The notes under the pieces: model-generated
What the model was told of the DNA's origin: nothing
Seen by the model: the letters and a program-made list of their open reading frames with translations, nothing else
The model's database searches: none
Part shown: positions 24,235-37,987 of the stretch, piece by piece
Numbering within the stretch: the stretch's first letter is position 1
Layout of the letters: each line of letters starts with the position of its first letter
Translations under genes and position numbers: made by a program
Source of the DNA: Malacoraja senta
Lineage: Eukaryota
Assembly (NCBI GenBank): GCA_038087875.1
Contig: CM075999.1
Span: forward strand, 1,614,001 to 1,678,000
Direction: 5' to 3'
Length of the DNA stretch: 64,000 bases

Positions 24235-24750
24235 AGTCAAAGAGTCATACAACGTGGAAACAGGCCCTACAGCCCAACTTGTCCACACTGGCCAACATGT
24301 ACCATCTACACTAGTCCCACCTCAGCTGAGTTACTCCAGCCTTTTGTGTCTATCTTCGGTTTAAACCAGCATCTGCAGTTCTTTCTTACACATGTACCTG
24401 TCTAACTGTTTCTTAAACGTTGAGATAGTCCCTGCCTCAACTACCTCCTCTGGCAGCTCGTTCCATACATCTACCACCCTTTGTGTGAAAAAGTTACCCC
24501 TCAGATTCCTATTAAATCTTTTCCCCTTCACCTTAAACCTATGTCCTCTGGTCCTCAATAGACAATAGACAATAGGTGCAGGAGTAGGCCATTTGGCCCT
24601 TCGAGCCAGCACCACCATTCAATGTGATCATGGCTGATCATCCACAATCAGTACCCCGTTCCTGCCTTCTCCCCATATCCTCGATTCCCCTACTCTGGGC
24701 AAGAGACTCTGTGATTCTACCCGATCTATTCCCCTCATAATTTTTAAACC
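24235..24750 (-). mobile_element. CR1 3' fragment with nested PLE and CR1-tail pieces
   Basis: RTRGHRFKVKGKRFNRNLRGNFFTQRVVDVWNELPEEVVEA on the minus strand. Confidence 0.8.
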
Positions 24751-25414
24751 TCTATATATTATTATAATTTCACTATGTTTCCCCATCCCATCTCTCCTTT
24801 AAGAAGTTATCTAATTTATGCTTCTGACTTCCTTTCAGGGAGCGAATTGCCAAATAGAACGATTTGCTCATAATACTAAAGATAGACACAAAATGCTGGA
24901 GTAACTCAGCGGGCCAGACAGCATCTCTGGAGAGAAGGAATGGGAGATGTTTCGGGTCGAAACCCTTCTTCTGACACAACATGCTGGAGTAACTCAGCGG
25001 GCCAGGCAGCATCCTAGAGAACATGGATAAGTAACCTTTTGGGTCAGGACTCTTCTTCAGAACCTACCCATCTTTTCCAGGGACCCGCTGCGTTACCTCT
25101 GCATTTTTATGTCTCACCTTATTTTCGTGTTAAACAGGCCAAGGAAAAGATGTCAATGCTTTGAATGTTACATTGGTTTCAGGGTGTCCAGGAACCAGAT
25201 CCATGATGGACATGGATTTTGTCCAACATGGACTTGGCAATACCCTCTATAAGCCGTTTTTCCGATGAGGGTGCCTTGCTAGATGTTATTTCCGAGGAGA
25301 CTCCTGGACCGAATATGTAGGATGAAATGCTGATTCTAGTTTAAACCCACGATAGACACAAAAAGCTGGAGTAACTCAGTGGGTCAGATAGCATCTCTGG
25401 ATAAAAGGCATAAG

Positions 25415-25765
25415 GTCATGAGGGAATAGAATTAGGCCATTCGGCCCATCAAGTCTACTCCGCCATTCAATCATGGCTGATCTATCTCTCCCTCCTAATC
25501 CCATTCTCCTGTCTTCTCCGCATAACCTCTGACACCTGTACTAATCAAGAATCCATCTACCTCTGCCTTAAAAATATCCCTGACATTTCAACAGCCTTCT
25601 GTGGCAATGAATTCCAAAGATTCTCCACGCTCTGACTAAAGACATTTTCCCTCATCTCCTTCCTTAAAAAACATCCTTTAATTCTGAGGCTATGACCTCC
25701 AGTTCTAGACTCTCCCACTAATGGAAACATCCTCTCCACATCCTCTATCCAAGTCTTTCACTATT
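25415..25765 (-). mobile_element. CR1-type LINE 3' fragment
   Basis: MFPLVGESRTGGHSLRIKG...LWNSLPQKAVE. Confidence 0.8.
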
Positions 25766-26934
25766 CACGCATAGGTGACGTTTCTGCAGAAATGCTGTCT
25801 GAGGTGCTGAGTTACTCCAGCTTTTTGTGTCTGTCTTTGCCAGACTGTGTCCAACACCTGGGAATTGAGCAGAAAAATCTACGCTTGTAGTTCAGCACGA
25901 TTCTGTAGGAGTATTACAGACAACTAAACATTAAGGAGAGGTTTTATCGCCCTGTGGATGGGGAAGATGCTATTGTGCTCGACAAGGAAGATCTTGCTTA
26001 CGTTCAAGCCACCATTTTTTTCCTCAACCAATATCTAAAATGCCTTATCTTGTTATTATCATATTGCAGCATGTGAGAAGAAGAGAGTCTGAAGAAGGGT
26101 CCCAATCCATACAATACAGTACGATAGACCTTTATTTATCCCAGGAGGGAAATTGTCACCATAATGTCACCTATCCACGTTCTCCAGGTATGCTGAGGTA
26201 CTCCAGCGCTTTGTCTTTCTTGCAGTATGTGAGAATTTGTTAGATGCAAATTCATTACCACATTACCATTATAGTGATTACACTCGGAAAGTATTTAAAC
26301 GACTGTTAACACTTTGAGACGCCTGGAGAAATATGAGATGCCACATAAAGCATTTACAAATAGAAACCCTGTAGTAATTAAACACCTGTCTGATAGCAAC
26401 AGAAATGACTGAATTCGTCTCTGAGGGAGAGTTGTATTCTGCTCCAAAGCCGTGCTTGAACACAAAGACTAGCAATTCCTTAAACATCGCAAAAATGTGA
26501 AAAGTTTGAAAGAGAACTGGAGCCTTAATGTTAAACCACAAGCGTTGAAATGAACTAGGAACAAACAATAATCAGGACACAAATATGCTGAGCTCTTTAG
26601 ACCAAAATAAAATGAAGACAGCAGGAATCAGAGCTTCATTTTTAACATTTTTTCTGAAACAATGAGTTTACACAGTAATTCTGCAAACGGCTTTGCACTT
26701 GTCATGAAGCTCTCCAGTGGAATTTCATGAGTTAGTTTTGATCATTTAGGTTAGTTAAGTTGCCGTTGTCATTCATATCAATGCTTTGTTAGCATTGTGT
26801 CACTGGAAGGCCATTACGACAGTCTATCAAAGGTGCAAGAACATTACCCCAGAGCAGTGGGAAGTCTCATCCTGGCTGGCAGAAATAGTACATGTTGAAA
26901 AATTACAAAACCATATGTGGAAGATCGACTCGAG

Positions 26935-27118
26935 TAACCCAGCGGGAGAGGCAGCATCTCTGGAGAGAAGGAATGGGTGGGTGACGTTTCGGGTCGAGAC
27001 CCTTCTTCAGAAGAAGGGTCTCGACCCGAAAGAAGAAGGGTCTGCCTGTCCCGCTGTTACTCCTGCATTTTGTGTCTATCTTCGTTGTAAACCAGCCTCT
27101 GCAGTTCCTTCCGACACA
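26935..27118. mobile_element. Fold-back Penelope-like pLTR pair with head-to-head hammerhead-like cores
   Basis: gacgtttcgggtcgagacccttcttcag|aagaagggtctcgacccgaaa. Confidence 0.7.
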
Positions 27119-27982
27119 AAACTACATGTGGATTGGTGTCAACACATCAAGGGTCAAAGCAGAAACCATTTCCCATTTTGTAAACCTTGTACGTTTTGGG
27201 TCAGGACCTTCTGTGATGGCTACTGCTCTCCCGCTGTGCGATTGAAGAAGGGTCACAGCATGAAACGTTGTCTGCCCATTCCCACCACAGATGCTGCCTG
27301 GCCCGCTGAGTTCCTCCAGCACTTTGTGCTTTGCTCAAGTGTTAGTTACGAGTGTTCTTAAAGAAATGGGGTTGCAGAGCATCAGGGGAGGAGGCAGGAG
27401 AATGGGATTAAGGGGGGAGAGATAGATCAGCCATGACTGAACGATGGAGTAGACTTGATGGGCCGAATGGCCTAATTCTGCTCCTATCACATGAACTTAT
27501 GAACTTATGAGCATGGGGTTGTCTCAACATTCTAATGTTCTTCAGTCAACAATGTCGCAATTATTCATTTCATTTCTGTTATTTCACAATTACTTCCTGA
27601 CAGAAGGAATTGTGTTATTAATTCAATGGAATGTTGAGTAAAGCAATTCATTACATAGAATATAAAAGCAGTTAGTTTAGTTTAGTTTATTATCACATGT
27701 ACTGATCTTTTATGTAAGTTTGGGTTTAGTTTGAGTTTAGTTTATTGCCACGTGTACCGAGGTACAGTGAAAAGTTCACACAAATAGTGGTGGGTGTATG
27801 GAACAAACTGCCAGATGAGGTAGTTGAGGCTGGGCCTATCCCAACGTTTAAGAAACAGTTAGTCAGGTACATGGATAGGACAAGTTTGGAGGTATATGGT
27901 CCAAGCGCAGGTAGGTAGGACTAGAGTAGCTGGGACATGTTGGCCGGTGTGGGCAAGTTGGGTCGAAGGGCCTGTTTCCACA

Positions 27983-28425
27983 CTGTATCACTCTGACTCC
28001 AAAAGCTTTTGTTGCGTGCTATAACCAGTCAATGGAAAGACCATACCTGATTTCAATCGAGCCATCCACAGCATACAGATACATGACAAAGGGAATAACA
28101 TTCAGTGGAAGATAGAGTCCAGTAAAGTTCCATTAAAGATAGTACGAGGGTCTCCAATGTGGTAGATAGCAGCTCAGGACCACTTTCTAGTTGTTGATTG
28201 GATGGTTCAGTTGTCTGATAACAGCTGGGAAGAAACTACTCCTGAATCTGGAGATGTGTGTTTTCACACTTCTATACCTCTTGCCTGATGGGAGAGGGGA
28301 GAAGAGGGAGTGACCGGGGTGACTTCATTATGCAGGCGGCCTTGATGAGGCAGCGTGAAGTGTAAATGGAGTCAGCGGAAGGGAGGTTGGTTAGTGTGAT
28401 GGTCTGGGCTGCGTCCACAATTCTC
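27983..28425 (-). mobile_element. Rex1/Babar-type LINE ORF end and 3'UTR (tail continues at about 27740, split by a CR1 tail at 27775-27980)
   Basis: Minus strand reads VDAAQTIT...SIYTSRCL...HPGHSLFSPLPSGKRYRSVKTHISRFRSSFFPAVIRQLN. Confidence 0.75.
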
Positions 28426-29177
28426 TACTTCATTTCTAAAAGATCTTGAAAATGCTCTTGGATCACCAAAGCCACGACAAATCAGATGGTGATCATCCCC
28501 TTTCCTCACTTACACATGCATATATCCCTGGTCCTTATTATCCCCCTCAAGGAAGGACCATATAATTCACTTAGAATGTATGCTGAGAGAATTAGATAGA
28601 GCTCTCAGGGCTAACAGAATCAAGGGATATGGGGAGAAGGCAGGAACGGGGTACTGATTTTGGATGATCAGCCATGATCATATTGAATGGCGGTGCTGGC
28701 TCGAATTAATATGAATATTCTATGAATATGATGTGATTTTATCAACTTGCTTGATCCAGTGACAACGCCAATCTCATTTCATGCCCACACCGCATCATCA
28801 ACAACAAAGCGGGACTTTCACAATAAGAGGTGTCGCCCTCAGTTTTGTTATCTGAGCTGCAGTTCCTTGGTGTCAGCTCGTTGGACATTAATACGTTGCT
28901 GGGAACCAATTCGCAGTCGAGGTCAAGGTAGATAGCAACAGTAAAGTTGTGCAAGAATTTAGATAAGTAAATTGCGATGGTAATCGGAACAAATTAGAAG
29001 AGGAAATAAGAAAGTGAAATTACATAAACTCAAAATGAAAATAATCTAATTTAGACATGACTAATGCATTTCCTCTGTGGAATGCACTGCCAGGAATTTT
29101 AGATCACCTATAATACTATATTTTAGATTAATACTATATTTTGTTGCACTGTTCAAATACTGCTTAATGTCATTAAA

Positions 29178-29570
29178 TGGGTGGCACAGCGGTAGAGTTG
29201 CTTCCATACAGCGCCAGAGACCCGGGTTCAATCCTGACCACGGGTGCTGTCTGTACGGAGTTTGCACGTTCTTCCTGTGACCACGTGGGCTTTCTCTGTG
29301 TGCTCCGGTTTCCGTCCACATTCCAAAGACGTGCAGGTTTGTAGGTTGAATGGCTTCTGTAGATTGTAAATTGTCCCGAGTGTGTAGATTAGTGCTAGTG
29401 TACGGCTTTTAGTTCTAGAGATACAGCATGGAAACAGGCCCTTCGGCCCACCGCTCCCCGCATGTTAACCCTATCCTACACACACTAAGGACAATTTTAT
29501 ATTTATACAGTTATACCAAGCTTATATTTAACCTGCTAACCTGTACTTCTCTGGCGTGTGGGAGGAAAGA
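29178..29570. mobile_element. Two V-SINE fragments, tail to tail (+ 29178-29405, - 29408-29570)
   Basis: Head and V-domain on +, tail and V-domain end on -. Confidence 0.7.
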
Positions 29571-30157
29571 TTGTTAAGGGTTTGGACACGATGTTGGGGA
29601 AGTCCAGAACAAGGCCAGTTCATTGGCTATATTTAAGAGGGAGTTAGATGTGGCCCTTGTGGCTAAAGGGATCAGGGGGTATGGAGAGAAAGCAGGTACA
29701 GGATACTGAGTTGGATGATCAGCCACGATCATATTGAATGGCGGTGCAGGCTCGAAGGGCCGAATGGCCTACTCCTGCACCTATTTTCTATGTTTCTATG
29801 TTTCTATGTTTCTATGTTTCTAGAGGCAGGAAACATGTTCCCGATGTTGGGGGAGTCCAGAACCAGGCGCCACAGTTTAAGAATAAGGAGTAAGCCATTT
29901 AGAACGGAGACGAGGATTTTTTTTTTCTCACAGAGAGTGGTGAGTCTGTGGAATTCTCTGCCTCAGAGGGCGGTGGAGGCAGGTTCTCTGGATGCTTTCA
30001 AGTGAGAGCTAGATAGGGCTCTTAAAAATAGCGGAGTCAGGGGATATGGGGAGAAGGCAGGAACGGGGTACTGATTGGGGAAGATCAGCCATGATCACAT
30101 TGAATGGCGGTGCTGGCTCGAAGGGCCAAATGGCCTACTCCTGCACCTATTGTCTAT
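29570..30157 (+). mobile_element. Nested CR1 3' fragments of two subfamilies
   Basis: A (TATGTTTC)n-tailed piece sits inside a copy closely similar to 15620-15955. Confidence 0.8.
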
Positions 30158-31225
30158 TATTGAAACCGAAGATCTCGGACAAAATCCACGCTAGTCGCTG
30201 GGAGAACGTGCAAACTCCGTACAGACAAGCACCCATAGTCAGGAATGAAACATGCACTCTGCACAGACAGCATCTGCAATTGGGATTGTCGGCGCAAAAA
30301 CGTGGCAACACTTATTACTGCCTCGGTGAAGACTGCTACATGATTTTACTGGGTCGCATGCAAAACAAAGAATTTCTCTGCATTTTAAAAGCTTTTCACT
30401 GTACCTCGGTACACGTGACAATAAACTAAACTGAACTGAACTGAACACCGTACCTAGGTATATGTGACAATAAAGTGTAGGAAGGGACTGCAGACGCTGG
30501 TTTAAACTGAAGATTGACACAAAATACTGGAGTAACTGAGCAGGACAGGCAGCATCTCTGGACAGAAGAATGGGTGATGTTTTGGGTCGAGACCCTTCTT
30601 CAGACCATAAAGTATAATTGAATTGAATCATTGATCCTACCACTAACATGACTAGAAACAAATTGTGTCGCTATTAATCCAAATGCATTTAACGCAAAGT
30701 CTCAATGTGTGCAAATTGGGTATTGCATATAATAAAGTACAGCAATTATCACATTTCTAAACAACTATATATTTCCTCAGAAGTAGCTTTGCATTTTTTA
30801 AACCCGAGACAATCAATCTTCTTCCAATGCATTGGATGCTGTCAAAGATGTATGTTCTGTGTGTTGCCTGAGTCTGTGTGTCTATGATGCTGTTGCCAGC
30901 AAGGTTTCCATTGTACCTCTACCACACCGTACCTACACAAACAACAGTAAACTTGACTTGGCTTGTATTTCCGTGATGCTCTCTGTTGGAGAATAGTGAG
31001 GGCTAATAATTTGTAAGTAGGGATGTGGACTGTGCTAATGTGGTGACAGATAACCACAGACAAAGCCTAAACGTAGAGACATTGAATGCAGCTGTGACGC
31101 CACCCACGTTTCAGGAACTTCATTGATTATGTTATAATGTGCACCCATCATTATAATAGAAATATGGATCTACTTTTAACTAAATTGGACTTGTAGATAA
31201 TCAGTTTATTCAGGAATCAAGACCG

Positions 31226-31367
31226 GGGTGGAAGATTGCAACCTTCACGTGGTCCGCCCTGTTTCGACGAATGCAATCAACTCGACGTGCACAAACGGAA
31301 GATCAAATAGAACAAGTTGTCCAACAACTTTAGGCTGTTCACGCCACACGAAAGAAGAAGAAGAAGA
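31226..31367 (+). mobile_element. Short non-LTR retro-insertion with (GAA)n tail
   Basis: 14-bp TSD AGGAATCAAGACCG at 31212-31225 and 31368-31381; ends cacgccacacgaaagaagaagaagaaga. Confidence 0.85.
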
Positions 31368-32559
31368 AGGAATCAAGACCGAGTTTGTTACCTCATTAAG
31401 TCTTTCGGCAACCTCCATTCTGCAATCAGGGCCTAGTTTCACCTTCCATCACAGTGAGGAATGTGGAGGAGTCACTGTGGTGGATGTTTATATTTTGTGT
31501 GTTCCGTTGCTTTTTATTTGTAAGATAGACATGGCCAATGAAATTCCTCATATGTTGCAAAACATACTCAGCTAATTAAGTATTTTTGTGATTGTTTTAC
31601 AGTTAATCAAGTTTCTTGTTATCTGAGAATATAAAAGCCGTACCAAGGTAATGCTCAGCAGATCAGCTTTGACCAATCTCCTGGTGTGCATCAGTTTTAA
31701 TAGGTCACCCGTTATTTCAAACACCGAACTCCACGTGGCCTTTCCATTTGCTCCCACACTCTGCTCCCAAATAAACTGTGCTCCAGGGCCATTGTGGTGA
31801 GTTTATGGTGACCGGTGTCCTGTCACATGTAGTTTGGTACTCAGGGATATAGATGTAAATGGAGGAGGAAACAGGGAATTTGACATTTATGATCTCTCCT
31901 CTTTAACACTGGAGTGAGGAGGATAGATGCAAGTGGATATCTGATGTATTCCAACCAAAAGTTGTCAAACTCCAAAAAGGAGATGCAAGGTCTCGACCCA
32001 AAACATCACCTATTCCTTGTCTCCAAATATGCCGCCTGATCCGCTGAGTTACTCCGGCACTTTGTGTCTATCTTTGGTGTAAACCAGCATCCGACATCTG
32101 CACACCTGATTGAAACCATCCTCTGACTATTCCAGTCTGTTCTGCTCTGCTCCTCTATTAAAACTGCAGTCAGCTGGCCAAGTATTTCAGACTCCGTGCT
32201 TGTTTTTTGCATTATGCGTGAGAGTATGCTGGATTCTTGACTCTTATCACTGTTTACCATCTCAGCAGGAATTTATTCGTCTTTGCAATCGGATCGCAAT
32301 TTGTGCTAAAATGGTTGGTAATGAGTATGTGGCAAACTCAAGGAACTGGGATGGACATTTCAGAATCATGAGGTGATGACTACCATGGTGAAGAGAGGTG
32401 GGCCATTCAGCTGGCTCCAGCACGATTCGCTGCAATGCAAAGGGAAATGAGTTCATTTCATGAGTCAATGCTCTTGCAATTCTGGCCCTCTCTCATGCTA
32501 TGGATGTTCCAGTCCGCAAACATAACCTATCAGAGATTCCATCCTTCAGGGCAATTCTC

Positions 32560-32832
32560 CGTTCACTCTTCAGGATTGACAAAAAGCATTCCATAGCACA
32601 ATTTAAAAGAACGTAGATGATTTTTGCTCTTTCCATGACCAAGGTTTAATGAACAGCACCAATATAAAAGATTATCAGGCCATTTAATTCATAGCTGTTA
32701 TGCAGAATCTTTTCTCCTGTGAATTGGCCGCGGAGGTGTTTTCAACACTGCAGCAGTGAACACAGTTCAAGACTGTTTTGGCTCCAAATGGCTTTGGAAA
32801 ACCCTGACATTTTTGAAAGGCAATGCATGAAA
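32560..32832 (+). mobile_element. Decayed DeuSINE (SacSINE1/AmnSINE-like) Deu domain and tail
   Basis: ccatagcacaattt..aaga...gattatcaggccatt...gctgtt...aattggccgc...cagtga.cacagttcaa...ctttgg...gaaaggc resembles the Deu-domain consensus as I recall it. Confidence 0.5.
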
Positions 32833-33179
32833 TTAGGTCTCGACCCAAAATGTCACCAATCCTTGTTCTCCAGAGTTGCTGCCTGACTTGCTGAGTTACT
32901 CCAGCACTTTGTGTCCCTATGTGTATTAGCCAGCATTTACAGCTCTTTGTTTCTACTAAATGAAAAGTTATTTCCTTCTTTTCCAAGAACCTGCTTAAAG
33001 AGTGAATTGTATGATGGAAGGTATGGTCCATGTAGCCTCTGCAACTTTGTTTTACACCCGACCTGAATCAATGGAAGGGTTGGCTGCATGGAACCAAATT
33101 TATGCCATCTCTTTTTTCTGACCCCCAAAGATTTGGTCAGTTTTAGAAACAAGTTCTTGTTGGACTAGATTTCTTTAGT

Positions 33180-33405
33180 CAGATGGTGGTGAACCTGTGG
33201 AATTCATTGCCACTGTCGGCTATGGGGTCCAAGTCAATTGATATTTTAAAGGCGGAGATTGGCAGATTGGTGATTAGTACGGGTGTCAGGGGTTAGGCGG
33301 GAAGGCAGGGGAATGGGGTTGAGAGGGAATGATGAATCAGCCATGATTGAATGGCGGAGTAGACTTGATGGGCCGAATGGCCTAATTCTGCTCTGAGAAC
33401 TTATG
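33180..33405 (+). mobile_element. CR1-type LINE 3' tail
   Basis: gtggtgaacctgtggaattcattgcca...gggccgaatggcctaattctgctc. Confidence 0.75.
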
Positions 33406-34054
33406 ATATTTTTCCTGGCAATCGGTTTAGAACAGACACTTTTTGATGGCTACTTTACTTGCAGAACATATAATCTACTGTAAATGTGATGCAGAGCAAT
33501 AGGTGCTCCATTGCCCAACACACGATGAGACCCAATGGCTAGCACCAATTGTCAAAAGCCCACCAGATGCCTACACTGAAGTATTCTGTCGTACTTAATA
33601 TTTAACACTTCTATTTTAAGACAGGCGTTAATTGATACCTTGACCATATAACCTGCCCCACACTCTCCTCATTCCTGATTTTAACCCTTGTTATCCTACT
33701 TTCAAATCTGTAACAGAAATTAATATCAGAACTTTTTTTTTTAATGATATGCGCTATCACAGAGCACTCTCTGTTCTGAGCTTCCTTGTTAGCTGAAGAT
33801 AAGGTAAAGCTGTAATGTTTGATATTAATATTCCACCGGCATAAAACATAGCCGATAATTTACAAAAATGTGTATCTCAAGGTGTAGCTCAGTTTGGAAT
33901 GTTTAATGAATGTCCTGACAGTTTGGTTAGATCACACACTGTTTGATGGCTATTTTAGATGCCATTACCTGGAAATATAATCCAAATTTTGACACAGAAT
34001 TCAAATGTTGTTGTTGTTGTTATCTGGTTATGAGAAAGCAAAAGCTTTTGTTGG

Positions 34055-34545
34055 AAGGGACAACGTGCTGGAGTAACTCAGAAGTTCAGCCGGCATCTCT
34101 GGAAAACATGGATAGGCAATGTTTTCGGTCTGGACCTTCTTCAGACTAATTGTGGGGGGTGGGGGATGGGAGGGAGAAAGCTGGAAGAGAGGAGGGGCTG
34201 GACAAAGCCCAGGCAGGTAATAGGCTGACACAGTAGAAGAGGGTTATTTGAAGGCAGATGGTTGGACAAAGGCCAGAAATTAAAAAAATAAGTGCAAGAC
34301 CAAAAAAATGAAGCGTGGCAAACAGCGAAGCTAGGAGGATAGAATGTGGCTGGAAGGGGAGAGGGGTGGGAGAAATAGGTGCAAGTCCAGGTGGGCCGTA
34401 ACGGAGGGTGGAGGGGAATGAGGGGGGGGGGGGGCAATTATTTGGGAGAAGAAAGGTGGAATGATATGTAGTTATCTAAAATTGGAGAATTCAATGTTCA
34501 TACCACTGGCTTGTCATCTACCCATGCTGAATATGAGATGCAATG
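34055..34545 (-). mobile_element. Penelope-like element 3' fragment (decayed)
   Basis: Minus strand HLIFSMGR*QASGMNIEFSNL, then the 3'UTR and pLTR. Confidence 0.65.
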
Positions 34546-34554
34546 CACTTTACT

Positions 34555-37520
34555 TTAGACCAGTTAGAGATACAGCGTGGAAACAGTCCCTTCGGCCCAC
34601 TGAGTCCACACCGACCAGCGATCACCCCGTACACCAGCACTAACCTACACACTAGGGACAATTTACAATTTACAGAAGCCAATTAATTCAGAAACCTGCA
34701 CGTCTTTGGAGTGCGTGAGGAAACCCGAGCACCCAGAGAAAACCCACACGGTCACAGGGAGAATGTACAAACTCCATGCAGACTGCGCCCGTAGTCAGGA
34801 TCGAACCCGGGTTTCTGGTGCTGTAAGTCTGTGCCACTCGAGGTGTAATGTAATCACCTAAACATGGAGAATTCAATATTCATAGTGATGTGTCGCAAGC
34901 TTTTGTAAATCAGTTTCCTCGTCCTTTGTTTCTACTAGAATCATTGTTGCTTGGTTTAGTTTTAAAATACAGCACGGAAACACACCCTTCAGCCACGAGT
35001 CCACGCCAACCATCGATCATCTGTTCACACTAGTTCTATGTTATCCCACTTTCACATCCACTCCCTACACACTAGGGGGAATTTCACAGAGGCCAATTGA
35101 CCCACAACCCCACATGCCTTTAAGATGAGAGAGGAAACCCACACGCTCACAGGGAAAACATGCAACAGATAACGCCCGAGATCAGGATCGAACCCTGGTC
35201 AATGGTGCTGTGAAGCAACAGCTCTACCAGCTGCCCCACTGTGCCGCCCTTGTCCGGTGCTGACAAGGCACATTTAATGCTCCTGTGTTACCCCGTCAAG
35301 ACTACTACAACTTCCTCCCCATCCCAACCAGTCCAGGGTTGCACTGTTATCCGATCAGACACCGTCCTGGGTCACAAGTGAAAGTGTGAACCCAGTCTTA
35401 CATACCTCCTATCGATCTAAACACTGTCATGAGTCAGAGTAATTATATTTGTTTCCCAATGGAATAGAAGACTAAACTGTTCTGTCTATGTTACTGTAAG
35501 TCTGATCCGGCTCCAAGGTTTAATGTGTGTAGGAAGGATCTACTGCTGCTGAACCGAAGATAGCCCATTGCTCACCTTATACGCCCACTTACGTTGGTTT
35601 ATGTGCATACTTTAATTTAGAGATACAATGCAAAAACGGGTCCTTTTTCCCCACCGAGTCCACACCAACTGGTGATCCCCACACATTAACACTATCCTAC
35701 ACACTAGGGACAATTTTTTACATTTACAATATACCAAGCCAATTAACCTACAAACCTGTAAGTATTTGGAGTGTGGGCGGAAACCGAAGATCTCCAGACA
35801 TAACCCACGCAGGTCACGGGGAGAAGGTACAAACTCCATACAGACAGCACCCATTGTCAGCATTGAACCCGAGTCTCCGGTGCTGTAAGACGGTAACTCT
35901 ACCACTACGCACCGTGCCACCCTGCTGTCTCTAATAACTACAGACAAATGGTGAACCAGATTGGCTTCTACAACAAATGAGCAGCTTCACGATCATCATC
36001 TTTGATACTTAATTTTAACGAGGTGCTCAATATTTCAAATACAGTTATTCTAAAGACCTTCATGGTCAATTTGGCACTTTTAGAGTGTAACTCTTACTAT
36101 TCATGGAAATTTGGCTGCTGATTTGGGCACAGCCGGGTTCCAAAAACAGCAGGGAAAAGTAACAAGGCAAACTGCATTTAATAACGGTGGTGGAGTAATA
36201 AACTTTAGTCAGGATACTTTAGGTCAATTTGTCCGCCCTCCTTCAAGCAGTGTTTAGTTTAGTTTAGTTTAGTTTGGAGATACAGCGCGGAAACAGGCCC
36301 TTCAGCCCACCGGGTCCGCACCAACCAGCGATCCTCACACACTAAATCGATCGTTCACACACTAGAGACGATTTACATTTATACCAAGCCAATTAACTTA
36401 CAATCCTATACATCTTGGAAAGTGCGAGGAAAGTGGAAGATCTCAGAGAAAACCCACGCGGTCACGGGGAGAAGGTTGGGGAATCAAGAACCAGAGGGCT
36501 TAGATTTAAGGTGAGAGGGGAAAGATTTAATAGAAACCTGAGGAGAAATGTGTTTGCACAGAGGATGGTGGATATATGGAACAAGCTGTCATTAGAAATG
36601 GTTGAGGCAGGCACAATAACAACATTTGAAGGACATTTGGATAGGCACATGGATAGGAAAAAATTGGGACAAACATAGGCAATTAGGGTCCCGCTGAGAT
36701 GGGCATCTTGGGTAGTTTGGAAGACTTGGGCCAAAAGGCCTGTGTCAAGTTCTTTGATTCCCGAACCTTAAATATCAGCTGAGTCATCGAGCCATACAGG
36801 CCCTTCGGCCCAACTTGCCCACACTGACCAACATGTCCCATCCACACTGGTCCCACCAGCCTGCGAATGGCTCATGTCCCTCTAAGCCTATCCTATCCAA
36901 TTAACCTGTCTAATTGTTTCTTAAGGGTTGCAATAGTCCCTGTGATGTGACGTGTAGGAAGGAACTGCAGATGCTGGTTCACACCAAAGATAGACACAAA
37001 ATGCTGGAGTAACTCAGTGGGACGGACAGCATATCTGGAGAGAAGGAATGGGTGATATTTCGGGTCGAGACCCTTCTTCAGACTGTCACCCATTCCTTCT
37101 CCCCTGTGATTTGGTGCTCTATAAATGCAAATCCTTTCTTTCGTTAAATACCTAAAGATGGAAAACCTTTCTGTGCTGGCGTATAAGGTGCAGCATGGTC
37201 CAGTTTTAGTTTAGAGATACAGCGCGGAAACAGGCCCTTCGGCCCATCGGGTCCCCTTCGGCCCATCGGGTCCTCGTCGACCAGCGATCCTCGCTTATTA
37301 CACCCTTCAGGGACAATTTTTACATTTACCAAGCCAATTAACCTACCAACCTGTACGTCTTTGGAGTGTGGGAGGAAACCGATCTCGGAGAAAACCACGC
37401 AGGTCACAGGGAGAACGTACAAACTCCGTACAGACAGCACCCGTAGTCAGGATCGAACCCGGGTCTCCTGGCGCTGCATTCGTTGTAAGGCAGCAACTCT
37501 ACCGTTGCGCCACCGTGGCG
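34555..37520 (-). mobile_element. Cluster of minus-strand V-SINEs (about 34555-34835, 34955-35250, 35612-35922, 36255-36472, 37203-37520) with interspersed CR1 and PLE fragments
   Basis: Repeated reverse tail ttagagatacagcgcggaaacaggcccttc and V-domain. Confidence 0.75.
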
Positions 37521-37987
37521 CCTCTAGGAGTTGCCAGGAGATCGAGGCTATTGCAGCTTTGGGTGTGGCTGGTCCAGCAGAGTTCATGAGCAGGTCTGAG
37601 AACCACATCTTAAGAATGCAAGGCAACACAATCATCAAGCAGAGTCTGAAGTTTGAAACTTCCTTTTAAGATAATTTTAAGGCAAGCATCAGGTGCGTCA
37701 GTAAGAAACTGGCAGCATGGAATGTACATCCCCTGGTGCTGGAAACTATGGGGAATTTCTGTTCAAGCTGCTGGCAGTAGATGAAGTAAATTGAAGTTAA
37801 TGGAGTGCAGAGATATTAAATGCAGATTTTGATTTACTTCTAATAGGAGCTTGTTAGTTCAGTCATACTAAACATTTAGTGTATGCGAATTTATGATAAA
37901 TCTTTCCATAAGATTTCCATGACACAATATCATGGGAGCCAAGCAGTTGCTTAGTATGAACCATATTACATGTTGCTGTCAATTCTA

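Noticed and set aside
26786..27361. 191-aa ORF
   Set aside because: It runs through two PLE-derived repeats and is a chance open frame.
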